Shown: positions 1-8,529 of the stretch, in pieces
Numbering within the stretch: the first letter of the stretch is position 1
Layout: each line of letters begins with the position of its first letter
NCBI GenBank assembly: GCA_964636545.1
Contig: CAZWSR010000011.1
Coordinates: forward strand, 1-24,273
Direction: 5' to 3'
DNA length: 24,273 nucleotides
Source: Candidatus Undinarchaeota archaeon
Lineage (GTDB): Archaea; Undinarchaeota; Undinarchaeia; Undinarchaeales; UBA543
The notes under the pieces: generated by a model
Databases searched by the model: none
What the model was told of the DNA's origin: nothing
The model's input: the letters and a program-made list of their open reading frames with translations, nothing else
Program-made: the position numbers and the translations under genes

Positions 1-579
1 TGGATTGGTTTCATATTCTGCATGATTGCTGCAGTGATGTTTGCTTTTGGAGATTACAAGTGGCTTGTTATTGGCGCTTTAGTTCTTGAACTTGGAAATA
101 TTTTTGACATGGTTGATGGAGATCTTGCAAGAGCAAAAAACATGCTTTCAAAGTATGGCCACCTTTTAGACAGTACACTTGATGCGGTTTTTGACTTTGT
201 AATAATAATTGCATTAACGTATTCGGTCTGGAGAGTTAGACCAGAATTGCATGTTTGGGTAATTGGAATGTTCAGTATGTATTTCCTAGCAGAATTCTTT
301 GTAATGTCCCGTTTCTTCATACTCCCATATGACTTGCCGCATGGTGAATTCAAAAAATCATTTGGAAAACTTGGAAAAAGCAAAATTTACAATCTTTTGT
401 TTTACGCAAGACAGCATCATATGAATCTGATAGCAGTATTCGCAATACTAAACCAGTTTTACATTCTACTTTGGTGCTGGGCAATTATTGGAAACATCTA
501 CTGGATTACTTATACAATCTGGCAGCACAAAGCAATGATAAAGGCCTTTAAAAAACATGAGAAAGAAAAAGAAAAATGA
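1..579 (+). CDS. CDP-alcohol phosphatidyltransferase family membrane protein (probably 5'-truncated)
   Basis: DMVDGDLARAKNMLSKYGHLLDSTLD matches the D-x2-DG-x2-AR-x8-G-x3-D-x3-D signature. The protein has several hydrophobic segments. The frame is open from base 1 (WIGFIFC), so the true start is probably upstream of the window. Confidence 0.85.
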   Translation, partial: WIGFIFCMIAAVMFAFGDYKWLVIGALVLELGNIFDMVDGDLARAKNMLSKYGHLLDSTLDAVFDFVIIIALTYSVWRVRPELHVWVIGMFSMYFLAEFFVMSRFFILPYDLPHGEFKKSFGKLGKSKIYNLLFYARQHHMNLIAVFAILNQFYILLWCWAIIGNIYWITYTIWQHKAMIKAFKKHEKEKEK

Positions 580-2462
580 CTACCAAAAAGACTGCCTTAA
601 TCCTTGATTCGCAGAAAATGGTGTTTTCACACCCACTTAGAAAAGTCTATGATTTTGTGAAAGATATTGAACAGTCAGCAAAGTTCAAACGAATTCCTTC
701 TAAAATAAAATCCTTGAAAAAAAAGTACAACAACCTTATTCCTTTAGCACTTGATTATAAAACAAGCCAAGAACTAGAAAAAAGTGGTATAGAACATAAG
801 TGTCATTCAGAGGTTACTGAACAATTTTTAGAATTTAATTCATGGAACCACACCTACAAATTCATGAAGAGAATGGATCCTGTAATAAAACAAATAGATC
901 CTAGTATGGTCCATCGTGGACAGCTCTTGTGGGATTTGAATCAGGCAGAAATTTGGCGGTTCTATGCTGTTCCAATTATAAAAACAATTGAAGAGGCATA
1001 TAAAATTCTTGATGAAGGTAGATACGAGAGAGTGATTATTTTTGACAACACAAGTTCATACCAAAAAGCATTTGCACTTGTAGCTGAGCAATTGAATATT
1101 GAAGTTGTTGACAAAACCCGAGTTTACAAAAAAGCAAAGACAGGAACGGAAATACGTGCAATAAAGCTTCTTGCTGAAAAAAGCGCAAGAGCACTTCTGA
1201 AAACACTTGGAAAAAAGAACAAAGAGAAAATTGAAAAGAAAAAAGACAAGAAAATTTTAGTGTTTTATGATCATTGTGAAACAGATAAAGTAACTTCTTG
1301 GGGAAAATTCCTTCCAGACACTTATGAAAAGAGTTGTGTTGGGTTAGATTCGGAAAAAGAAGTTAAAAAAGAGTTTCAAGAAGCTGGTTTTGAATATGAA
1401 CGCTTGTATAATTATGCAAGTGAACCAATTTTGAAAGAACTAAAAACAGTCAAAAAACAACTTGGAGCCGTGTTCAAAACACTTGAAAAAAATAAAGTAT
1501 TCCAGCACGGATTCGCTTACAGGAATGTTCCAATGTGGCCAGTTACCAAAAAATTATTTGCATTTCTATTTTATGAACGGTTTTTGGAAACGGCAACGAG
1601 AATAGAATTATTCAACAGGATGTTGGATGTTGAAAAACCAGACATGGTTATTTGTGTTGATGATTGGAGTAGATACCCATTCACACTCTTGTCAATAACA
1701 AAACAAAGAGGAATAAAATCAGCAGTTGTTAGATATGGAATGCTTGACCTGCGGCCAGAGGGTGTGCCAATGAATGGAGACAAAATAATGGTTTATGGGG
1801 AAACTGGAAAAACTGCTCTTTTGAATAGTGGAGTTAGTGCTGACAAAATTGAAGTTACAGGACAGCCAGAAGGTAAAGAAGAAAATAGAGTACTTGAAAC
1901 TGACAAAGCACTTGCAATACTTGGACTTGATAAAAGCAAGCCAATAATCGCTTTTGGCGGAACTTGTATGCCAGAGAGTGCAACTTACCACCCATATGAT
2001 ATTTTTTACAATACAATAAAGAAAAATTACCAGAACGCACAGGTTGTTTCAAAAATGCACCCATCTGAAAATCCCACATTACAACAGGTACTAGTGAAAA
2101 AGCACGGACTGAATAACATAATTCTCACAAAAAAATATCTTTTTGAACTTCTCACTGCATCATCAGTTCTGGTAACACCTGGATCAACTGTTGCAAATGA
2201 AGCAATTGCATACGGAACTCCAGTGATTTACATAAATACACTAAATGCACCAGAAGAAATCCTTCTCAAGAAAAACCCAGGAATTGTCGAGGTTGTTTAT
2301 GATGAAAAACAGCTAGAAAGTGCACTTAAGCGTATTCTGGAGAAAAATAGGAGAACTGAAATAAAGAATATGAGTAATGAGATTTCAAAAAGCTCAATTC
2401 TTCAGAAAGGTGCTGTTGCAGGAAAAGCTGTAGTAAGTGTTCTAAAAACCATGATTGACTAA
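576..2462 (+). CDS. Surface-carbohydrate biosynthesis protein with a GT-B-like C-terminus (NeuC/TagF/KpsS-like); candidate nonulosonate transferase
   Basis: 628 aa. The C-terminal half has PDMVICVDD, IMVYGE, IEVTGQP, KMHPSE and STVANEAIAYGTPVI motifs typical of GT-B capsule/teichoic-acid proteins. ATGA overlap with the upstream gene. Confidence 0.55.
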   Translation: MTTKKTALILDSQKMVFSHPLRKVYDFVKDIEQSAKFKRIPSKIKSLKKKYNNLIPLALDYKTSQELEKSGIEHKCHSEVTEQFLEFNSWNHTYKFMKRMDPVIKQIDPSMVHRGQLLWDLNQAEIWRFYAVPIIKTIEEAYKILDEGRYERVIIFDNTSSYQKAFALVAEQLNIEVVDKTRVYKKAKTGTEIRAIKLLAEKSARALLKTLGKKNKEKIEKKKDKKILVFYDHCETDKVTSWGKFLPDTYEKSCVGLDSEKEVKKEFQEAGFEYERLYNYASEPILKELKTVKKQLGAVFKTLEKNKVFQHGFAYRNVPMWPVTKKLFAFLFYERFLETATRIELFNRMLDVEKPDMVICVDDWSRYPFTLLSITKQRGIKSAVVRYGMLDLRPEGVPMNGDKIMVYGETGKTALLNSGVSADKIEVTGQPEGKEENRVLETDKALAILGLDKSKPIIAFGGTCMPESATYHPYDIFYNTIKKNYQNAQVVSKMHPSENPTLQQVLVKKHGLNNIILTKKYLFELLTASSVLVTPGSTVANEAIAYGTPVIYINTLNAPEEILLKKNPGIVEVVYDEKQLESALKRILEKNRRTEIKNMSNEISKSSILQKGAVAGKAVVSVLKTMID

Positions 2463-2465
2463 AAG

Positions 2466-2480
2466 AATAAAAGATATAAA
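2466..2480 (+). promoter_or_regulatory. Putative archaeal BRE/TATA box for wbuX-1
   Basis: AATAAAAGATATAAA lies about 30 nt upstream of ATG 2510. There is also an SD-like GGGAG at 2503-2507. Confidence 0.45.
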
Positions 2481-2509
2481 AGAAGAATTTAAAACAAAAC
2501 GAGGGAGAA

Positions 2510-3655
2510 ATGAAATACTGTAAAAACTGCGTAATGCCAGACACAAGACCAAATCAGGTTTTTGATGACGAAAGAGTCTGCGACGCATGTAGATCCCATG
2601 AACAAAAAATACTGCATGTTGACTGGGATACTAGAAAAAAAGAATTTGACGAACTTATTGAAAAATATAGATCAAAAGACGGGAGCAATTATGACTGTAT
2701 TGTACCTGTGAGCGGAGGAAAAGATAGCACATACCAAGCTTGGTTTATGAAGGAAGTTTACGGATTGAAGGTATTGTGTGTTTCATTTGAACCAACACTT
2801 CCAACAGAAATTGGGAAACAAAATTTAAAGAATTTACAAGATATGGGAATTGACCTTATTCATTTTAGAAAAGATCCAGAAACATACAGAAAACTTGAAC
2901 TTAAAGCATTGAAAATGGTCGGGGACAATGATTGGCCAAATCATGTTGGAATATTCACGGTTCCAGTTCGTGTTGCAGTAAATTATAAAATCCCATTAAT
3001 TGTTTGGGGAGAAAACCCAGAAGAAGAATATGGTGGACCAGCTGCAGAAAAGGCAATGAAAACAAAAGGAAGACGAAGGCTGGAAGAATTTGAGATGCTT
3101 GGATTACGGGTTCATGATATGGTTGGAGATGGAATAAAACTGCAGGACCTTTTACCATATATTTATCCTTCTGATGAAGAAATTAAAGAAGCTGGTGTAA
3201 TTGGAACTTATCTTGGTTATTACTTTAAATGGGATGTTCCAAAGCAAATTAAAATTGTTGAAGAAAAATGTAATTGGAAACCAAAACCAGGTGAGCCAAT
3301 GGAAGGAACATTCACTAATTATGAAGATATTGATTGTGACGGAATGGTTGTTCACGAATATTTGAAATATGTAAAATATGGATTTGGTCGAGGAACTGAC
3401 CATGCATGTAATAAAATCAGAGAAGGTTTAATGTCAAGAGAAGAAGCAGTTGGACTTGTTAACAAGCATGATGGAAAATTCCCAAAAAATGCAATGAAAC
3501 GACTTTTACCTTATCTTGGAATAACAAAAGAAGAATTCTTTAAAATTGTCAAACCATTTACAAATAAAGAGATTTTTGAAAGAGATGAAACTGGAGAATT
3601 CAAGAGAGACGAAGATGATAATCTAATTAAAAAAGAGGATTGTATTCTAAAATAA
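2510..3655 (+). CDS. wbuX: N-acetyl sugar amidotransferase (WbuX/PseA family), copy 1
   Basis: N-terminal CKNC...PDTRP...CDAC, PP-loop SGGKDS, WGE and LKYVKYGFGRGTD motifs. Adjacent to HisH- and HisF-like genes. Confidence 0.9.
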   Translation: MKYCKNCVMPDTRPNQVFDDERVCDACRSHEQKILHVDWDTRKKEFDELIEKYRSKDGSNYDCIVPVSGGKDSTYQAWFMKEVYGLKVLCVSFEPTLPTEIGKQNLKNLQDMGIDLIHFRKDPETYRKLELKALKMVGDNDWPNHVGIFTVPVRVAVNYKIPLIVWGENPEEEYGGPAAEKAMKTKGRRRLEEFEMLGLRVHDMVGDGIKLQDLLPYIYPSDEEIKEAGVIGTYLGYYFKWDVPKQIKIVEEKCNWKPKPGEPMEGTFTNYEDIDCDGMVVHEYLKYVKYGFGRGTDHACNKIREGLMSREEAVGLVNKHDGKFPKNAMKRLLPYLGITKEEFFKIVKPFTNKEIFERDETGEFKRDEDDNLIKKEDCILK

Positions 3656-3657
3656 AA

Positions 3658-4287
3658 ATGATTGTAATAATTGACAACAACATGGGAAATGTTCGTTCTG
3701 TACAAAAAGCATTTCAGAGATTGGGTCAAAAAGATGTTATTATTTCTAAAAAACCAGAAGATTTAGAAAAAGCAGATCGAATAATTCTTCCAGGTGTTGG
3801 TTCATTCAATGACGCAATGACAAATTTAAAGAAAAACGGATTTATTGAACCACTAAATAAACAAGTTATAGATAATAAAAAACCGTTTCTTGCTATTTGT
3901 TTAGGGATACAATTACTTGCAGAAAAAGGGTATGAAGGAGGAGAACAAGAAGGTCTTGGCTGGATATCTGGTGAAGTGAAGAAATTTGAACTTCCAAGAG
4001 ACTTTAGAATACCACATATGGGTTGGAATAGCATAATTCCAAAAAAAGACAATATACTATTTCAAGGAATTGGAGATGATGCTGCATTTTATTTTGTGCA
4101 TAGCTATCATTTAGATTGTCATGATAAATCAATAATAACTTCAGAATGTGATTATGGAAAGAAATTTGTGGCAAGTGTGAGAAAGGATAATATATTCGGC
4201 ACGCAGTTCCATCCAGAAAAAAGTCAAGTAAAAGGATTTCAGATTCTTGAAAATTTCTTAAAATATGAGGAGGAAACAAAGAAATGA
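3658..4287 (+). CDS. hisH: HisH-like class I glutamine amidotransferase (glycan amidation-associated), copy 1
   Basis: MIVIIDNNMGN, LPGVG, ICLG (catalytic Cys), PHMGWN, YFVHSY and QFHPEKS motifs. ATG 3658 is preferred over TTG 3640 because it gives the canonical HisH N-terminus. Confidence 0.9.
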   Translation: MIVIIDNNMGNVRSVQKAFQRLGQKDVIISKKPEDLEKADRIILPGVGSFNDAMTNLKKNGFIEPLNKQVIDNKKPFLAICLGIQLLAEKGYEGGEQEGLGWISGEVKKFELPRDFRIPHMGWNSIIPKKDNILFQGIGDDAAFYFVHSYHLDCHDKSIITSECDYGKKFVASVRKDNIFGTQFHPEKSQVKGFQILENFLKYEEETKK

Positions 4288-5093
4288 CTTTGAAAAAAAG
4301 AATTATCCCTTGTCTTCTTCTGAATAAGTGGCTTCTTGCTAAAACTATAAAATTTGGAGAAATAAGAAACTTAGGAAATGCAGCTCAGGCAGCTAAAGTT
4401 TACAATATGAGAAATGTAGATGAGCTTATGTTTTTGGATATTCAGGCGTGTAGAGAAAATAAAGAGCATAATTTAGAACTTGTAAAAGAACTTGCAGATG
4501 AGTGCTTCATGCCGCTTACACTTGGTGGTGGAGTGAAAAGCGTTGAGGATATGAATAAACTTTTGCAAGCAGGAGCTGATAAAATTGCAATAAACACAGC
4601 AGCTGTTGAAACACCAGAATTAATTACAAATGGAGCTCAAAAATTTGGTTCACAATGCATTGTTGTTTCAATTGACGCTAAAAAAACAGAAAAAGGATAT
4701 GAAGTTTTCATACAATCAGGTAAAAAAGCAACGGGATTAGATCCAGTTGAATGGGCTAAAAAAGTAGAAGACCTTGGTGCTGGTGAAATTCTAATAACTT
4801 CAATTGATAAAGATGGAACTTTTGAAGGGTTTGATCAAGAATTAACAAAAAATGTTTCAGAAGCTGTAAAAATCCCAGTTATTGCAAATGGTGGAGCTGG
4901 AAAACCAAAAGATTTCGTAGATGCAGTCAAAATTGGTGGAGCATCTGCTGTTGCAGCAGCTAGTATATTCCAATACACTCAATATTCCCCAGTAGCTGTG
5001 CGAGAACATATGGCAGAAGCAGGAATTGATGTACGAACAAATGTGTATGCAGAACATTTAACTGGCTCAGACTTGAAATTTAGTATAACATAA
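4284..5093 (+). CDS. hisF: HisF-like TIM-barrel subunit (WbuZ-type), copy 1
   Basis: [38 protein letters not shown] and PVIANGG motifs. GAGGAGG RBS upstream. Lacks the first catalytic Asp of true HisF. Confidence 0.9.
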   Translation: MTLKKRIIPCLLLNKWLLAKTIKFGEIRNLGNAAQAAKVYNMRNVDELMFLDIQACRENKEHNLELVKELADECFMPLTLGGGVKSVEDMNKLLQAGADKIAINTAAVETPELITNGAQKFGSQCIVVSIDAKKTEKGYEVFIQSGKKATGLDPVEWAKKVEDLGAGEILITSIDKDGTFEGFDQELTKNVSEAVKIPVIANGGAGKPKDFVDAVKIGGASAVAAASIFQYTQYSPVAVREHMAEAGIDVRTNVYAEHLTGSDLKFSIT

Positions 5094-5111
5094 TGAGTGA
5101 GAATTGACATA

Positions 5112-5128
5112 CATAAACGATTTATAAC
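5112..5128 (+). promoter_or_regulatory. Putative archaeal BRE/TATA box for the neuB-1 operon
   Basis: CATAAACGATTTATAAC. The TTTATAA core is at 5121-5127, 34-40 nt before ATG 5161. Confidence 0.55.
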
Positions 5129-5160
5129 GGATTTTTACCTCTTTTATTAGAGAGATAAGA

Positions 5161-6180
5161 ATGAAAATCACAATTAATGGAAAAGAATACAGCAAGAGGA
5201 ATGTGCTAGTAGTTGCTGAAATGGCTAATTCGCATGATGGAGACATGGAAACAGCCAGAAACATAATAAAAAGCTCAGCAGAAGCTGGAGCTGATGCAAT
5301 AAAAATACAGAGAATAATTGCTGATGAGATTTCAATACCTGAATATTCCTATTATGAAATTCTGAAAAACTGTGAAATGCCAATAGAATCTTGGGAAGAA
5401 CTTGTAAATTATGCAAAGGAGCTTGGAATAATGGTTTTTGCAGATGTTTTTGGAGAAACCAGCTTAGCTGATATGGAACGACTGAACCTAGATGGTTATG
5501 AAATTCATTCTTCAGATATTACAAACCCTTTCCTAATCAAAAAAGTTGCTGAAACAGGAAAACCATTGTTCTTGTATGTTGGTGGAGCAACACTTGAAGA
5601 AGCTGAATATTCTGTGAACAAGGCAAAAGAGTATGGTGCAAAGGAAATTATTATCATGCACGGATTCCAAGCATTCCCAACAAAAATGCAGGACAGTAAT
5701 CTTGAAAGAATTAAAATGCTTCAGGAAAAGTTTGGATTGCCTGTTGGATATGCCGGACACCTTGACGGTGATGATGAAATGACTAATTTCTTCCCACTGG
5801 TTGCAATGGGAATGGATGCAATTATAATTGAAAAACATGTTGGTTGGGACAGAAGCAAAAAGGGAACAGACCATCATTCTGCACTAAATCCAGATGAGTT
5901 CAAGAAACATGTTGAATTTGTAAGAAGAGCTCAAGATAGTTACGGAAATACTGAATTTAAGCTCAATCCAGCTGAAATTGAATACAAAAAACTAGTGAAG
6001 AAGCACATTCTTGTAGGTGCTGACATAAAACAAGGTGAAGAAATCACAAATGAAAAAATCCATCTAAAGCGTGTTGAAAGTGATTTACCATTTATATTTG
6101 TTGAAGATGTTGTTGGAAAAACAGCTGCTCAAGATATTAAGAAAAATGAAATAATGACAAAAGAGATGGTGGTACAATGA
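5161..6180 (+). CDS. neuB: NeuB/SpsE-family nonulosonate synthase homologue, divergent copy, with C-terminal SAF/AFP-like domain
   Basis: AEMANSHDGD, ADAIKIQ, IIEKH and DHHSAL motifs plus a C-terminal GKTAAQDI SAF-like domain. Several active-site motifs are non-canonical. Confidence 0.85.
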   Translation: MKITINGKEYSKRNVLVVAEMANSHDGDMETARNIIKSSAEAGADAIKIQRIIADEISIPEYSYYEILKNCEMPIESWEELVNYAKELGIMVFADVFGETSLADMERLNLDGYEIHSSDITNPFLIKKVAETGKPLFLYVGGATLEEAEYSVNKAKEYGAKEIIIMHGFQAFPTKMQDSNLERIKMLQEKFGLPVGYAGHLDGDDEMTNFFPLVAMGMDAIIIEKHVGWDRSKKGTDHHSALNPDEFKKHVEFVRRAQDSYGNTEFKLNPAEIEYKKLVKKHILVGADIKQGEEITNEKIHLKRVESDLPFIFVEDVVGKTAAQDIKKNEIMTKEMVVQ

Positions 6181-6917
6181 CCAAATTCGTTGCTGTTCTA
6201 GCTTGCAGAGTTCAGTCAGAACGATTATATGCAAAACCGCTACAGCTTGTTGGTGGAAAACCAATTCTTCAGCACGTAATAGATAGAATCAAAGAACAAT
6301 GCAAAAGTATTGATGAGGTTATTCTTGCAATTAGCGAGAATCCAGAAAATATTCCATTTGAAACTTATGCAAAAGAGCACAATATCAAATATGTTTATGG
6401 TGATGAAAATGATGTTCTTGGTAGATTGATTAAAGCAGGGCACGCAGCTGAAGCAGATGTTATTTTGAGAAGCACAACTGAGAATCCATTTATTTATGTT
6501 AAAACAATTGATGAAATGTATAAAAAGCATGTGGAAGAAAAGGCAGATATTTCAGTTTGTGAAGAAGTTCCAGTTGGCGCTTATGTTGAAATTATAACTT
6601 TGAAAGCTCTTGAACAATCGCATGCAGATGGAGAAGATAAACATAGAAGTGAATTGTGCACACTTTACATTAAAGAAAATCCAGACAAATTCAAAAAACT
6701 TTCTTACAAAGTTGATGAAGAAATTCGTAGACCAGAAATTCGCCTGACTGTTGATAATCCAGAGGATTTGATTGTTGTTAGGAAAATCTGGGACGCAATT
6801 GGAACACAAGAAGGAGTTATTCCTCTTGCAGATATTATCAAATTCCTTGATGAAAATCCAGAGATTAAAGCAATTAATTCTGGAATACTTGCAGGTACAG
6901 CAAAAACATGGAAATAG
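6177..6917 (+). CDS. spsF: SpsF/NeuA/KdsB-family cytidylyltransferase (CMP-ulosonate synthetase)
   Basis: ACRVQSERLYAKPL, GDENDVLGR and RLTVDNPED motifs. Coupled to neuB-1 by an ATGA overlap. Confidence 0.8.
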   Translation: MTKFVAVLACRVQSERLYAKPLQLVGGKPILQHVIDRIKEQCKSIDEVILAISENPENIPFETYAKEHNIKYVYGDENDVLGRLIKAGHAAEADVILRSTTENPFIYVKTIDEMYKKHVEEKADISVCEEVPVGAYVEIITLKALEQSHADGEDKHRSELCTLYIKENPDKFKKLSYKVDEEIRRPEIRLTVDNPEDLIVVRKIWDAIGTQEGVIPLADIIKFLDENPEIKAINSGILAGTAKTWK

Positions 6918-7600
6918 AAACAACAAAGATTAGTGTCATCCTAAGAACTTACAATAGTGCAGAATTTGTGCAAAAAGCACTTGGAAGTATTGCAGTTCAG
7001 ACCTTGCCCGTTAGCGAGTTTGAACTTGTTTGTGTTGATGATGGTTCAACAGACAATACAATTGAAATTCTTGAAACTTTTGCAAGTGAGCACCAAGACA
7101 TTAATTTAAAGATTGTAAAAAGTGAGCATGGTGGAGCAATTCGTGCAATCAATACTGGAATAAATAATTCAACTGGACAATACATTGTTCTACTTGACTC
7201 TGATGATAATTTTGAGCCACTTATTCTTGAAAACCTGTCTTCAGTTCTTGATACAAAACCTGAAATTAGTTTTGTTTATTGTGATTATTATGAAAAAACA
7301 GGAGAGAAGAAGAAAATAGTTGCTGTTTCAGACCTTATGAAGACACTTGCAATAGGTGTGATGTTCAGAAAAGATGTTTTGGATGCAGTTGGACCTTATG
7401 ATGAGTCGCTGATTCTTCCAGAATATGATATTATTTTGAAAGCAAACAAAACTTACACTAGCGAGCACATTGCTGAGCCACTTTTCACTTACAATAGACG
7501 CGATGGAAGCATAACAGCAGATCCAGCAAGAGTTGAGCTAGCTGAAAAACAATTACGAGAACGTCATGGTGAAATAATTGACAAGATGAGGTCGTACTAA
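6908..7600 (+). CDS. Glycosyltransferase family 2
   Basis: ISVILRTYN, VDDGSTD, AINTG and the DxD motif LDSDD. Confidence 0.9.
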   Translation: MEIETTKISVILRTYNSAEFVQKALGSIAVQTLPVSEFELVCVDDGSTDNTIEILETFASEHQDINLKIVKSEHGGAIRAINTGINNSTGQYIVLLDSDDNFEPLILENLSSVLDTKPEISFVYCDYYEKTGEKKKIVAVSDLMKTLAIGVMFRKDVLDAVGPYDESLILPEYDIILKANKTYTSEHIAEPLFTYNRRDGSITADPARVELAEKQLRERHGEIIDKMRSY

Positions 7601-8529
7601 TGATGAGAGTAGTTTATATTGGATGCAAAGAAATTGGAAAAACAGTACTAGATGCATTAATGGAGTTTTACACAGAGGGAATTGTTGGAGTTTACACTTA
7701 TGCTGATGAAATGAGCAACAAATACACAAGAAACTCCTCATTCGATAGTGTAATGGCAAAATATCCAGATACTCTTTACAGAAAAATTGAAGATATTAAT
7801 AATCCAGATGTGTTGGATGAGATCCGAAGTTTGAAACCAGACGTAATTATACAATTTGGCTGGTCTCATTTAATAAAAAAAGATTTGATAAATATTCCAC
7901 CAAAAGGATGTGTTGGATTCCACTCTTCACTTCTTCCAAAATACAGAGGCGGGTCTCCACTGAATTGGGGAATCATAAATGGAGAAACAGAATGGGGAAT
8001 GACTTGCTTCTATTTGACTCCTGGACTTGATGATGGCGATATTATTGCTCAAGAAAAGTTTCCAATAGAAGAATATGATACTTGCAAAACACTTTATGAC
8101 AAGGCAGTAGAGTCCTCAATTAAGATGCTGAAAGAGAATTTGCCAAAAATAGCAAATGGAACAGCTGAAAGAATTCCTCAAAATTCAGCAGAAGTGACAC
8201 TAGTTAAGAGGCGGAAACCAGAAGATGGGAAAATTGACTGGGATATGCCTGTAAAAAAGATTTATGATTTGATTAGAGGAACTACAAGACCGTTCCCAGG
8301 TGCTTTCACATTCCTAGGAGATGAAAAAATAATTGTTTGGGCTAGTAGGAAAACTGGAAAGGACTCTTCAGGTAGTGCTTCAGGAAAGATTTTGGAAATA
8401 ACTGACAAAGGAGTTGTTGTTTCAACTGGGAATGAATCGCTTTTACTAACAGATATTGAATATGAAAAAGCGCATGACACTAAGATTGACAAACAATATA
8501 TAGGCAAAAAATTGGGTGAAATAGTATGA
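7600..8529 (+). CDS. Fmt-like N10-formyl-THF-dependent (sugar) formyltransferase
   Basis: GFHSSLLPKYRGGSPLNW, LDDGDII, DGKIDW and PFPGAFT motifs, in a glycan-locus context. Confidence 0.85.
   Translation: MMRVVYIGCKEIGKTVLDALMEFYTEGIVGVYTYADEMSNKYTRNSSFDSVMAKYPDTLYRKIEDINNPDVLDEIRSLKPDVIIQFGWSHLIKKDLINIPPKGCVGFHSSLLPKYRGGSPLNWGIINGETEWGMTCFYLTPGLDDGDIIAQEKFPIEEYDTCKTLYDKAVESSIKMLKENLPKIANGTAERIPQNSAEVTLVKRRKPEDGKIDWDMPVKKIYDLIRGTTRPFPGAFTFLGDEKIIVWASRKTGKDSSGSASGKILEITDKGVVVSTGNESLLLTDIEYEKAHDTKIDKQYIGKKLGEIV

Noticed and set aside
2510-3655. tRNA thiolase or QueC-type PP-loop enzyme
   Set aside because: The WGE and KYGFGR motifs and the linkage to HisH/HisF fit the WbuX/PseA family better.
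3658-5093. Histidine biosynthesis operon (hisH/hisF)
   Set aside because: No other his genes are present, the catalytic Asp of HisF is missing, and both pairs adjoin WbuX-type amidotransferases.
5104-5128. Bacterial sigma70 promoter TTGACA...TATAAC
   Set aside because: The spacer is only 13 nt. The site is better explained as a BRE/TATA box like the other intergenic regions.
7600-8529. Methionyl-tRNA formyltransferase (fmt)
   Set aside because: It lacks the usual FMGTPxF start and NxH motif, there is no def gene nearby, and it is embedded in sugar genes.
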